A DNA stretch of 64,000 nucleotides, taken from positions 124,001 through 188,000 of the forward strand of contig OW569346.1 of the NCBI GenBank assembly GCA_937625935.1, written 5' to 3'. Position numbers and translations under genes: made by a program. A model generated the notes under the pieces. That model was not told the origin of the DNA and did no database searches. It saw only the letters and a list, made by a program, of their open reading frames with translations. This document shows positions 1 to 10,685 of the stretch, piece by piece (positions within the stretch are counted from its first letter, which is position 1; each line of letters begins with the position of its first letter). This stretch comes from Tetramitus jugosus. Taxonomy: Eukaryota; Protista; Heterolobosea.

Positions 1-196
1 CTTGATGATGATCGTCATGATGATCTGCTTCCTCGTGATTGAATTGGACTGCTGGATGAATACTTGATTTGTTCTTTTTGTGCTTTTTCTGTGTGCCAGA
101 GTCATCATCGTAGTAGTAGTAATCGTGATAGTGGTGATCATGGTTTTGATGATCATTGTGATAGAGAATTCGATTCTTAATCTTGTTGCCTGTCAT
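1..196 (-). CDS. Possible 5' part of a gene running off the left edge (His/Asp-rich low-complexity N-terminus)
   Basis: ATG at 196 opens a frame (MTGNKIKNRILYHNDHQNHDHH...) with no stop before position 1; an upstream exon is possible; no recognisable domain. Confidence 0.3.
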   Translation of the reverse strand, partial: MTGNKIKNRILYHNDHQNHDHHYHDYYYYDDDSGTQKKHKKNKSSIHPAVQFNHEEADHHDDHHQ

Positions 197-415
197 GACC
201 AGGGGATAGCACTGGGGACAAACACACAAAAAGAGTGACATGATATGTGGATCAATGAATGATTGGTTTTTTTGATGGATCTCACACAGGTTGAACTTTT
301 TACTTTTCAGGAGGAAGAGAGATCTTAGCCATTCAAGAGTTTTTACACCACCACGAATGACTTGCGAATTCGGATGGATCTAACCACTGGCTGGGTTGCA
401 TAATTTACGAATAAT

Positions 416-3400
416 TTATTGAACTCGAGGAAAGCTATGTGTTCCACTTCTTGGGCTGCTGATTGGGTTGTAATTTGTTATGGCCACACTTGTGGCAAAG
501 TGATGAGAAGAAGGCTGGGTGATTGGATTCTTTCTCATGCTCTTTATCTTGTTACTATGTACTACACTGATGATCGATCGTCCACTACTTCGGAAACTTC
601 CTATTGTTGTTGGTGTTTGGATAGGCTGGACTATGATAGGGTGCATTGAGGAAGGTGTTGCACTTCCAATCCGATTTGATCGTCTACTAGAAGCAGTTCT
701 CGAGAACTTTTCTGCCTCTCGATTTACTGAACTTCCTGCGTTTGTCAAATAGGAAGTTTCTGATGGAGTTGGGGCTGCTGGAACGTTGTTACCAGTATTG
801 GTGTTGGTACTTGATTGTTCAAACTGCATGGCTGCAACTCTGATAGGATGACGCGCATTCGTTGTTGGACCTCCCGTCCATTGTGTGGGTATTAATGATC
901 CTTGATCGGGTTGTTGATTGAGCAAGGAGTTTGGAGCACTGCCTGGTGCAGTGAATATGTTGGCTGGTGTTGATCCAGAGAAATCTTGGTTCAAGAACAT
1001 ATTTGCTCTATGTCGTTCGTCAGACAGTATCTCACGTCCATCCAAAATGTAGAGTGAGGGACAATGGTAGATAATAGTTGGTCTGTAAATACTTTTTCTC
1101 GATATAGGATTAAATGCTAGGGAGAGTTCTGTTAGTTCAGCTTGCCGACATAGCTCTGCCAGACGTTCAATTTCCGATGCATCAGTAACACGGTTACATG
1201 CACAGTACAGCACAGATAAATTCCCAAAGTATTGAATTCCATCTAGTGATCGCAATCCATTTTCTTCAATATGAAGAAGTCTTAAATTAGGGATGTAATC
1301 CAACTCACATACAGCCGAAGATGGTTGATGGTCCAAGAATCTAATTCTGTTCTTGTCCAAATAGAGTTCCTGCAGTGTTGTGCAACCCTGAAGCCCTTCA
1401 ATTTTTGTGATGTCATTCCGACTCAAGATGAGTACCTTTAGTCTCTTCAATTTTCCTAAGGAGAGGCAGGTCATGTTGGACAAGTGATTTTCTTCCAGAC
1501 TTAGTTCTTCCAAGTTAACTAGTTTTTCGAAGTATCTACCGATCGTGAAACCCATTGGATTTGAGTTACAAGTCTCACCCAACTTGTTTTTATCTAGGCG
1601 AAGAACTTTTAGGGTGGATGTAATAGATTGAAGTCCATTTAAAGTATTGATTAGGTTGTTCTGTAGATATAGCTCCAGTAGCATGGTAAACTTGTCGAAC
1701 AACGGACCAGTGGTGTTGCTAAGGTCTCTCAAGCTAGTGTTGTTTAGATTCAAGGCTAACACCGCTCCGTAATCTTCTGACCCGCCCGTAACTTCTCTTA
1801 ACACATCTGTTGTGATCTTTCCTGTAAACTCTTCTCGAGCTTGTTGAACCTCTTGAGAATCAACACTCACTCCATCCAAGACTTTCAATCTTTTCAAGTG
1901 AAAAATTGAGTGCAAACGATACTGGTTCTGAGAACATATGGGATTTCCACTTAAATCTAGAATGATTAGTTTCGCCAATGGCTTCAAATACATAATTTCT
2001 TGAAGTTGGTGAACTCGATTGTTTGCCAAGTACAACTCCATTAAGTTAACCAATTTACTGAGTCCTGACAAACTGTCTATCAAGTTACTTTCAAGAGACA
2101 GTTGAATTAGTTTAGTACAAATATCGAGGTTCTCAACTCTTGATATTTTGTTGTATCCTAGCTCAAGTTTTCTTAGATGCTGTGAACTTGATAATCCTTC
2201 TATTTTTGAAATTCGGTTTTCCTCCAAGTTCAGCTCTTGGAGACTGACTAGTTCTTGAAGATGTTCAATCCTACATATTTCATTATTACTCAAATTTAAT
2301 CGCTTGATATTAACATACTTTTCAAGATTTGTAATTCTTCTCAATCGTTTCCCCCTTAAATCAACTTCTTGAACAGAGTCTGCCCAGGTAGTGTGATCTT
2401 CGATACATTGATCTCTCTTAACAGTACATTGTCGAACTAAATCATCCGAGATGACATGGAGTTGAGTGTTAGCAAAAACTCTCTCCTCATCAGCAATGGC
2501 CTTCCCGTCGAGGATCCTCAAGTGATTCAATCTTCGAATTACAATGTATCTATAACTTGGAACATCACAAATAGCATTATTGTTCAATGAAAGTTCTTCT
2601 ATATCGATAAGAGTTCGAGAATTGAGAGCGAGGATATCTTCAACTCGGTACACTAAGTTGTTGTTCAGATACAGAACTTTTAAACGTGATAATCCCTGCA
2701 ATCCTTCTACTTTCTTTATCATGTTGTAGTCAAGATGTAATACTTCAAGATTGACGCATGTTTCTAACCCTTCAATCTTTTCAATCTCATTGAAACTGAG
2801 TATCAACGTTTTCATGTGTATCAATCCTTCCAAGGCTTCAATTTTTCTAATGCTATTTCCGAAGAGATTTAGGTAAACAATACTTGAGAACGAAGTTGTT
2901 AGACAGAGTTGGGCGATAGTGTACTTGGATATCATTGCTATTTTCTTTCTAGGATTTATCGTTGGATCCATACCCAAAGTAAGATGCATAGTGTGCTCAT
3001 CCAACTTGGACATCTCTAAATTTGTCAGAAAGTTGCAGAAATGAAGAGAATGAGACTGAATATCGATCTTGTCGATATCATTCGTTGTGTGGATATGTTT
3101 GAATATAGTGTCTCGCTCTAGGGACATATCCGTGTTTGAAGAGTTAACAAATTCGAACTCAACCACATACTCCGGTAGAATAAGTCTGTTATCGAATAAA
3201 AACCATGTTCTTTGTTTCGAATCGTTCGCTTTTGTTCGATACACAGAATCAATGTTGGGATAATCCTGAAGTTTAATTAAAGAACAGGATTGTTGAATGT
3301 CTGATGAAGCTTGAACACCAAAATTGGGTTTCTTTTCCGCCCGATAGTGCCCCAGGAACACTTTGGCAATGAGAAGCGTTCGCTTTCCATCAAAAACAGG

Positions 3401-5060
3401 AATAGGACTTGTTAGAACGTTACTTAACTCGCATAAACTAATACTGTTAGATAATGTGATTGCCGAATGGCACCCTCGCTCAGAGTATTGTTGAGCTTTG
3501 GGGAACCCATCTTGAATAATTTGTTCGATATCGAGTCTCGAATCAATACCATTCGAAAAAAATAAATACTCTAAAGATCGTTTGTACGAAGAATCAGATG
3601 TATCGACAACCTCATCCAGTCGGTTCTCAAATCTGTTTCTCAAATATCTATTGTGAATTCGAGTTACCTTCGTGACCTTAATCTCGTTGTATCCGTAAGT
3701 CAAGAAATCACTCGCGAAGAACCTCGACCTCACCAAATCCACACAGGAATCGAACCATATATCCCCTCTCTGTCCTTCTTCGAGTCGAATATTTCCTCCA
3801 GTCTCAAGTTCTAATAGTAGTTTTGAAATATTCGTCTCGGTAGTCACATTGACTTTCTCAACAAACTCGTTCAGGTAAAAATGAACATTGTTCAATTGTT
3901 CCATTCTCTTCTTCACTTCATCTGTAATTGCACGCAATTTTCGATTGATTCGGTCAATTGGCACAAAAGACCCGTCTCTTCGCCCATCTTCCCTCTCTGT
4001 TAAGTTTGAATATTGCTTCAAAGCTTCAGATTCATCTCGTTCTCGCTCTAACTCTTTTTGGGTTCGAAACAGTATATTTAAGGTTAGTTGTGTGTCAGTG
4101 TTTTGTTGACTAATTAACTCTTTGGCACGAGCAATCACGTTTCTCGAATTCCGCCTTAATGTCTTTATCCTCATATTGTAGTACATTTTTTTCTTCATGA
4201 AAGTTGCATCAGCAATCTGACGAGCTTCTTCGGTAACGAATAGAGAATCCAACTTTTTTATCCTTGGTAAGTGATATAGAGCATATGTTTGATAGTTACA
4301 GAGGCTGCACACTGGATTTTCCCCGAAATTGGAACACTTGAGATTTAAACTCTCCAAACTTTGGATGCTATCGAAATGTTGAACATCTTTGAACACCCCA
4401 ATCAAATTTCCGGCAACATTTAATTCTCTTAAACAATGATTATTGCTGAACCATTTGGCGTCTATTGTATCGATGCGATTTTTTGCGACACACAAACATT
4501 GTAATGCTATGAGATCTTCTAATCCCGTCAGCTCTGTGATTACTAAACGATGTAAGTAAAGTGATCAAATTCCAAAGATGGAAAAATACATACAATTATC
4601 AAACAAAGATAACCTTTCCAGGTTGACAAGTGTTGACAGTCCTTCTATTTTCGTAATCATATTACCGTACAAATGAAGCTCGTTCAACTTCACCAACTTC
4701 TCTAATCCTTCAATCTTTGATAATTTATTCTCATTGAGCCACAATCCTGTCAAATTCGAAAGACTCTCTAATCCCTCTATCTTCTCCAGTCCTATGTTGA
4801 TGAGCCGAAGTGTTTGAAGATTCGTGAAGTAGTGTAAACCGGTTATTTGCTTGTAACTATGATGCATGAACATTTCTATCTTATGTATAGAGTCTGTTTG
4901 TGATGCAAATTTCTCCTTTGAGATGCCATTCGCTTTGCACTGTGGGTAAGTGTGAGCAATTGACACCAGAGCATGGACGTTAATGAGAAATGATACCTAC
5001 AAGTTCTGAAACAGCTCTATCAACGGTGAAAACATTGGACAGATACCCTGATTGAGACAT
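416..5060 (-). CDS. LRRC9: Leucine-rich repeat protein 9 (SDS22-like LRRs with central PARP-like domain), cilia-associated; 3 exons
   Basis: Exons 5060-5001, 4939-4594, 4542-416, joined by GT-AG introns 4940-5000 and 4543-4593; LRRC9-type segments FMKKKMYYNMRIKTL, ELETGGNIRLEEG, CVDLVRSRF, RIHNRYLRNRFE, LILPEYVVEFEF. Confidence 0.9.
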
Positions 5061-5249
5061 CGTTTTCTTCACGTTTCCTTACCGCCTTCTGTAACTGACC
5101 TTTCGATTCAATCGGAGATTTGTTGGATTCAATTTTTCCAAATCTTTAAATTCAAGTAATTGCCAATGCTCGTGATTGTCGAACCACATGGCTCTTTGGT
5201 CTTTGTGTAGATCGCCTTGGCGATATCCTTCTTGATTCCATTTTTTAAA

Positions 5250-5265
5250 TAACATTCATGAGTCC
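5250..5265. repeat. Target-site duplication, left copy (taacattcatgagtcc)
   Basis: Exact 16-bp match to 6579-6594; directly abuts the T10 tract. Confidence 0.95.
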
Positions 5266-6578
5266 TTTTTTTTTTGTTCCATACAACCAAGTGTGCGTAA
5301 GCACACGATTGCTCATTTATTGACTTGTTTTGTGAGTGACGACCCGTAGGGCGTCGCTCACTCTTCTTCTCTTGTTGTCCCCGACGGTGCACCTACAGGT
5401 TGGAAGAATCACTCCGGTGAGTGTTTTGGTTGATGCCCTTCATCAAAGAGCGTAACCTTGTAGTAGGACCGTCGATGGACCCAGAGCCATCTGTTGTTTT
5501 TTTCTTGTCTTGGGCCTTGTTGCTCCTCAGATCACCCAGTGTGATCCTAGCACTCCTTTTCTTGTTGTCATTGAGTTGTGGACTTTGAATCTCCTTTTCG
5601 GAGTCGTCGTCCACATCCACAATGACTGGTTCGTCCTCTGTCAAACCATACCTTTTGCGTGCAGCAGCCAAAGCCAATGCAGCAATTTCCTTTCTTGCTC
5701 TAGCTAAAACTGGAGAAGTGGAATTCACTTGCTCCAGTATTTGCTGATTCTCAGCGCTGAGCTGTGCAACAGGCACTGTTGGCAGTGGTGTTGCACTCCT
5801 TTGTACTACTGCTCCCACTGACTCTGGAGTAGTCTCCATGCTTGCAGTAGCTTGGGTATCTTCTTGTTCCGGTATTGGAACCGGTTTGTTGCCCACTTGT
5901 TTCTTTGTCTTTCCCAGTTCCTTGGTGAGTTCTGTGACCTGTCGACGCAGTGCATCAACCACCGTCAGCAGCTCCTCGTACATCTTCGTCAACCTCTTGT
6001 TGACAGCCTTGAGAGGATCATGTGGTCTCTCGACGTATCGAGTGACCGTGGCCTTTACCTTGTTCTCTCCGCTGAGCACTGCTTGTGCATAGGTTTCATC
6101 ACCCATGACCACGAAAGCAGTGTCACGCTTCTTGAGCACACTGGAGACCTTTTCAGGTCCCAGTAGCTTCTTGATGTCGTCCACTGACATGTTCTTCATG
6201 CCATGGACGACCACCTTTCTTGTGCAATCAACACTGCGCTTGGGTGCAGCAGTGCTGTTGCCAATCCTCCTTTGCTTGTTGAACAAATCAACAAAGTCAT
6301 AGATGCGGTCACCCTTGACCGTCACCCATGCAACAAAGCGTTGCTGGCCTTTCCTCTTGATGACTTGGACTCGGTTGAGCCAGTCACCAAACTCCTCTCC
6401 AATCTTTCTTGCCAAAGATGACTGAGAGACGCCATTACCGTTGCCAGTAATGACGACCTCTCTGTCACTTGGCCTAGAGCCTTTCCGCGCAGTGGTCCAC
6501 ACTGCATAACGGCTGTTGCCGTATTCCTTCACCAAATTTGTTGAATCACCAGACATGTGATTCCGTTTTTTTCTGCGT
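5266..6578 (-). mobile_element. Non-autonomous non-LTR retroelement (ORF1-only, poly(A)-tailed) inserted upstream of a tRNA gene
   Basis: 16-bp TSD on both sides; A10 tail on minus strand (T10 at 5266-5275); AATAAA at 5321-5316; 22-nt 5' UTR; one intronless 387-aa ORF; visibly more GC-rich than flanks; no RT or endonuclease. Confidence 0.85.
5393..6556 (-). CDS. Retroelement ORF1-like nucleic-acid-binding protein (two RRM-like units, coiled coil, basic disordered tail)
   Basis: REVVITG...RFVAWVTV and RKVVVHGM...DTAFVVM resemble RNP2/RNP1 pairs; heptad region LTKMYEELLTVVDALRRQVTELTKEL; lies wholly within the TSD-bounded element. Confidence 0.7.
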   Translation of the reverse strand: MSGDSTNLVKEYGNSRYAVWTTARKGSRPSDREVVITGNGNGVSQSSLARKIGEEFGDWLNRVQVIKRKGQQRFVAWVTVKGDRIYDFVDLFNKQRRIGNSTAAPKRSVDCTRKVVVHGMKNMSVDDIKKLLGPEKVSSVLKKRDTAFVVMGDETYAQAVLSGENKVKATVTRYVERPHDPLKAVNKRLTKMYEELLTVVDALRRQVTELTKELGKTKKQVGNKPVPIPEQEDTQATASMETTPESVGAVVQRSATPLPTVPVAQLSAENQQILEQVNSTSPVLARARKEIAALALAAARKRYGLTEDEPVIVDVDDDSEKEIQSPQLNDNKKRSARITLGDLRSNKAQDKKKTTDGSGSIDGPTTRLRSLMKGINQNTHRSDSSNL

Positions 6579-6594
6579 TAACATTCATGAGTCC
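6579..6594. repeat. Target-site duplication, right copy
   Basis: Exact 16-bp match to 5250-5265. Confidence 0.95.
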
Positions 6595-6623
6595 AAAAAC
6601 CAAAATGTACATTTGAACATACA

Positions 6624-6706
6624 GCACTCTTGTCCGAGCGGTCAAGGAGCCTGACTAGAAATCAGGTACGGGAAATCGTGCGTAGGTTCAAATCCTACAG
6701 AGTGCG
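6624..6706 (+). tRNA. tRNA-Ser(AGA)
   Basis: Acceptor stem gcactct/agagtgc plus discriminator G; D arm tccgagcggtcaagga; anticodon stem cctga/tcagg with loop ct-AGA-aa (6657-6659); long variable arm; T arm gtagg-ttcaaat-cctac. Confidence 0.97.
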
Positions 6707-6711
6707 ACGCA

Positions 6712-6716
6712 TTTTT
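6712..6716 (+). terminator. Pol III terminator (T5) of the tRNA gene
   Basis: TTTTT 5 nt downstream of the tRNA 3' end. Confidence 0.75.
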
Positions 6717-6808
6717 AAGATTTTACTTATGTGGACTATTCGAATATCAATCTCTAATGACAGCTTCGACGGAGTCGATAATTGATTCAAAATATTGTTT
6801 TTCTTTAT

Positions 6809-7653
6809 TTACTTGTTAACAGAGCCAAAATATTCGAGTGAGCCCTTTGGATCAGCCTTCATTGTCTTCGCACCCTTTTGCCAGTTGGCTGGACAAACTT
6901 CACCATATTCGTCAGTGAATTGGAAGGCTTGAACAAGTCTCAATGTCTCATCGACAGATCTGCCCACTGGAAGATCATTGATTGTGATTTGTCTCAGAAT
7001 ACCCTTTGGATCAATGATAAAGAGACCTCTGAGTGCAACACCAGCATCTTCAATCAAGACACCATAGTCAGTAGCCATGGACTTGTTCACATCAGCAATC
7101 AATGGTAGCTTAGTGGCACCCAATCCTCCATCAGCTCTAGCAGTCTTGGTCCATGCCAAGTGAGTGAATTGAGAGTCAACAGAAACAGCAGCAATACCAC
7201 AGTTGATTTTTTCAAAGTCAGCCAAGCGGTCATTGAATGCCACAATTTCAGTTGGACAAACAAACTATGGTTTTTTTTTTCCATGGAAGAAGTTTTGGTG
7301 ATGAATAAAAATTCAAGCAAGATAGTTTGTTAGAAAACTATATGGTGGTTTTCTCTCAACAAATTTTCAAGCAAAGCTTACAGCGTGTAACACACGTGAA
7401 GCAACACATTACATACAGTAAAGTCCAAAGGATAGAAGAACAAGACAAAATATTTGCCCTTAAAGTCATTGAGAGACACTTGCTTGAATTCTCCGTTTAC
7501 GACTGCAACCTTGTTGAATTCTGGTGCTGGCTTACCAATCTTTGGGACTGTGATGGCGGAGACAGCAGAGGTTTGAGCGAAACGGCATTGATTTTGAACA
7601 GTCAATGTGCGTCTGCTTTGGTTGATGAGTTGAGTGGTGGCTCTTCTGAACAT
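6809..7653 (-). CDS. 2-Cys peroxiredoxin (AhpC/TSA), probably mitochondrial; 2 exons
   Basis: FYPLDFT|FVCPTEI joined across intron 7265-7416; resolving GEVCPANW; Arg/Ser/Thr-rich presequence [15 protein letters not shown]. Confidence 0.93.
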
Positions 7654-7902
7654 GATGATTATCTGTCTGTGTTGTTGTTGATGTTTTTTGGCAAATTGCT
7701 TTTTGTTCGACAACCAAAGATTGCTTCGTCAGATCATTTTCCGTTTGGATTATCGGAACATTATCTTGGAGATTACAAGCGGACTAACCAGTCCGCAAAT
7801 TGAACTACAATTTTGTATGGCGCGATGTATTGCTAAAATTTTTAGCTTTTCTATTCAGACTGAAGATTGCTTCAGACGCAAGGAAACACGAATATTTCAC
7901 AA

Positions 7903-9075
7903 ATGAAGTGCAATACTTGCTGGAAAGATATCGACGGGTTGTGCTACATTACAAAGTGTAATCATGTTTTCTGCAGAGACGACACTGAGAAGCACTTCTC
8001 TCATGATATGACATGTCCTGCTTGCGAAAAAGCTCTCAGCGAGAGAGATATTCGAAAGGTTGATGGAAGTTCTGGTATAGAGGAAAAAGCAGTAAGTGTT
8101 TTGTTTTATTGTTCTAACAAGCGAGTAATACAACATGTGATCTGAAAGCTTGGTGGTATCAGTTTGTTCTATGTGGATATCCTCCTGAGGTTGTTCTTGA
8201 TGCATTGAGAAACGCATTGAAGTTCTGGGATTTACAAAAAGAGTTAGAGATCAAGTATCAACAGTACTTACTGAGAGAGCAAGTGAACAGCAGTCAGCAG
8301 AAGGAAAGGTAAGTGAGGATGTTATGGAGCTTGAATGTATTTGCTAAATCTATTCTTCATGTCCAGAGGATATCACGACAAGTTAGTGGAAGCTAGTTCA
8401 AGGCTTCAAGTGGCAGTGAAGAGGCTCGAAACATCAAATGAGGAGCATGACATGACAAGAAAAGAATTCGAGGAACTGCAGAACAAGTATCAAGACAAAG
8501 TTCGAGAGAAATCAAAGTTGGAAGAATTGTATAACATTTTGAAGAGAAGATACGATCAATCATGCAGAGAGAATGCGAATTTGGGCATTAGGATGCCAGG
8601 GTCGGAAACAAACAATTCGAGTTCAACAACTGGATTCTTCTTGTCTTCATCCGACAAATCTCACCCAACAATTGTTCCTTCCAATTCTGGAGTCTCGGCT
8701 CCTATTCGTCCTAGCTTCAACATCCATGCACAAGTGAATGGTAGCCACATGATTCATTCCCATCTACCAAAGAATGACCGTAAGGAGACTATTTGTTCCT
8801 TTGCATACTTCTTTCAAGTTTTACTGACACATTATGATATAGACTCTCCTAACTTCTTGCAAAGAAAAAGTCCTTCTTTCTTGTCACATAATTCCACTCA
8901 CACCAACATCAAGAATCAAAAGGAGGTTGCCAGTGGTTCCATGAACCCGAACAAATTCAGCCTTTTATCTGCTAATCAAAAGTTACTATTTACACCATTG
9001 AAGAGACCACGACCTTCTTCCCCTGGTTCTTTCCAACAGTCAATGACTTTCAAAACATCTAATCCATCCCTATAG
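7903..9075 (+). CDS. HEI10: RING-finger E3 ligase HEI10/CCNB1IP1 (meiotic crossover factor), multi-exon
   Basis: MKCNTCW...TKCNHVFC...TCPACEKAL RING; after intron 8092-8162 FVLCGYPPEVVLDALRNALKFWDLQKELE, then a coiled coil; further introns about 8309-8366 and 8780-8842. Confidence 0.8.
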
Positions 9076-9125
9076 ACAAATTTACAGCCATGAGGTTTGT
9101 ACAAATAATTCAAAATTTGCGAGTA

Positions 9126-10250
9126 CTATCTATTTCGCTTTATAGACGTGGTTGTATACAAGGTTTGGTGGGTGCTTCTCGGGGAAAGTGATGGTTGAGG
9201 TGTTGAAGAATTTTGGGAAGATCTTTGTAACTGAAGCAACAGACTAGGATTCTTTAACTTGACCAGCGCGTTTACATCTTGTAACCTGCTATGCATGATT
9301 GAGAGCCGACTCTACAATGGCACTGTTAGTAGTTGTCCATACAAAGAATAAAACCTAATTCACTTACTCTTAAGCTATTGTACCGGAAGGAGATATGTTG
9401 GCGAACAACATGCTCTTGAGACTCCATGAAATCCATTGTTAGTAATTCAACAAATTTGTACTCCATGTTTTGAACAAACGTTAGTTGACCGTTTCCGTCT
9501 CTCCCCATAACGAATATACACAAGAAACTCTCAGGATCTTTCATGCACGACATTAGCATCTTGGCCAACACTTTCGGGTATCCATAATAGTCGACCATCA
9601 AGTCCTGATTCTGTTTCATTGATCCATAATTCTCTCTATCACACGAGTGTGTATAATGAAAGAATAGGTCTGATTCGCTTGTCAACTCTACTCTAACATC
9701 ATGCAACTGATTCTCTCCACCCTATTTACACATAAATCATCAATTAGACCTTATAGCATCACTATTCACAAAAAATTAAACATTGATGACTTACCATGGT
9801 GAGAATTTTTACTCTAATCGCTTCCAGAGTGCCCACATCGGGGCTCTGTTCTCCACTCTCTGGTCCATCTTGTGCTCTCAATTCAACTGGTACTTCTTTA
9901 TCAAAGAACAATATGTGCCCGTCAGACAAACTAGGATCCATGTCATCTATTGCCTTAAAATCAACACCGGAGAGAATATCTGATCTAGGAGTGAGCATTG
10001 AAGTATTGGTTCCACCAGCAGATACATTGTTGGACATAAATGAAAGAGGAGGAACATTGTCATTGTTTCTCATTTGAGAGGGAGTAGTTGTTGAATTTGA
10101 TGAGTTTATCGTTGAGTAATGTAGAGCGGAACTCGTCGAAGCCGGTCCTCTGTTTTGACCACCAGAAATGGTGGGTCCGATTGTGGTGGTATTCCTTCTT
10201 GTTGCACTGGATACTGGAGAGTAATGATTCATCGGTCTGTTGGTGCTCAT
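9126..10250 (-). CDS. SAS-6-like protein (SAS6L): SAS-6 head domain with short coiled coil; 3 exons
   Basis: DKEVPVELR, GTLEAIRVKIL, RVELTSESDLFFHY, FVQNMEYKFVELL, RQHISFRYNSLR; last exon SRLSIMHSRLQDVNALVKLKNPSLLLQLQ to TAG at 9126. Confidence 0.85.
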
Positions 10251-10685
10251 AGTGTTTCGATCAGTGAAAGTAGCGATTCTCTGATTTCGAGGGTCAGCAA
10301 AAAGACCTGTAAGCAAGGTGTAACGGAAAAGTCGGAGTATTAGTTTTGTAATCGCACATTTTTAGATCTGGACTATCCTAAGACCTGGTTTTCAGATCTG
10401 AGTGGAAACTTTCTCATTTTGTTCCTCGATCTTCCAACGTGTGGGTGATGTCTCGAAATTTCTTCTTTGTTGGCTACTTTTGGTGAGGCTCATTAAACAC
10501 GCATCCAATCTATTGTATTTATATTTGGAGCACTCAATGATTTTCCTGAGTCACATGCTAAATCAGATCTGTTCATAACGCTTGATTTCATCCTGCAAGG
10601 GAAAAAGAAACTGCTTAGAACAAAAAATACTTCAAAGAAACCACTAAACTCTGTAAATATTGAGTCCATCTATAAAGGTGACACA

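Noticed and set aside
5129-5392. In-frame ORF after the TAG of the element ORF, suggesting gag-pol-like readthrough
   Set aside because: It runs through the 3' UTR, poly(A) tail (KKK) and TSD into host flank and has no protease or RT motifs; most likely coincidental
6624-6706. tRNA as the head of a SINE belonging to the element
   Set aside because: It lies outside the TSD, on the opposite strand, with a perfect cloverleaf and its own T5 terminator
7327-7803. 158-aa plus-strand ORF and many similar short overlapping ORFs in the track
   Set aside because: Antisense or alternative-frame shadows of well-supported genes
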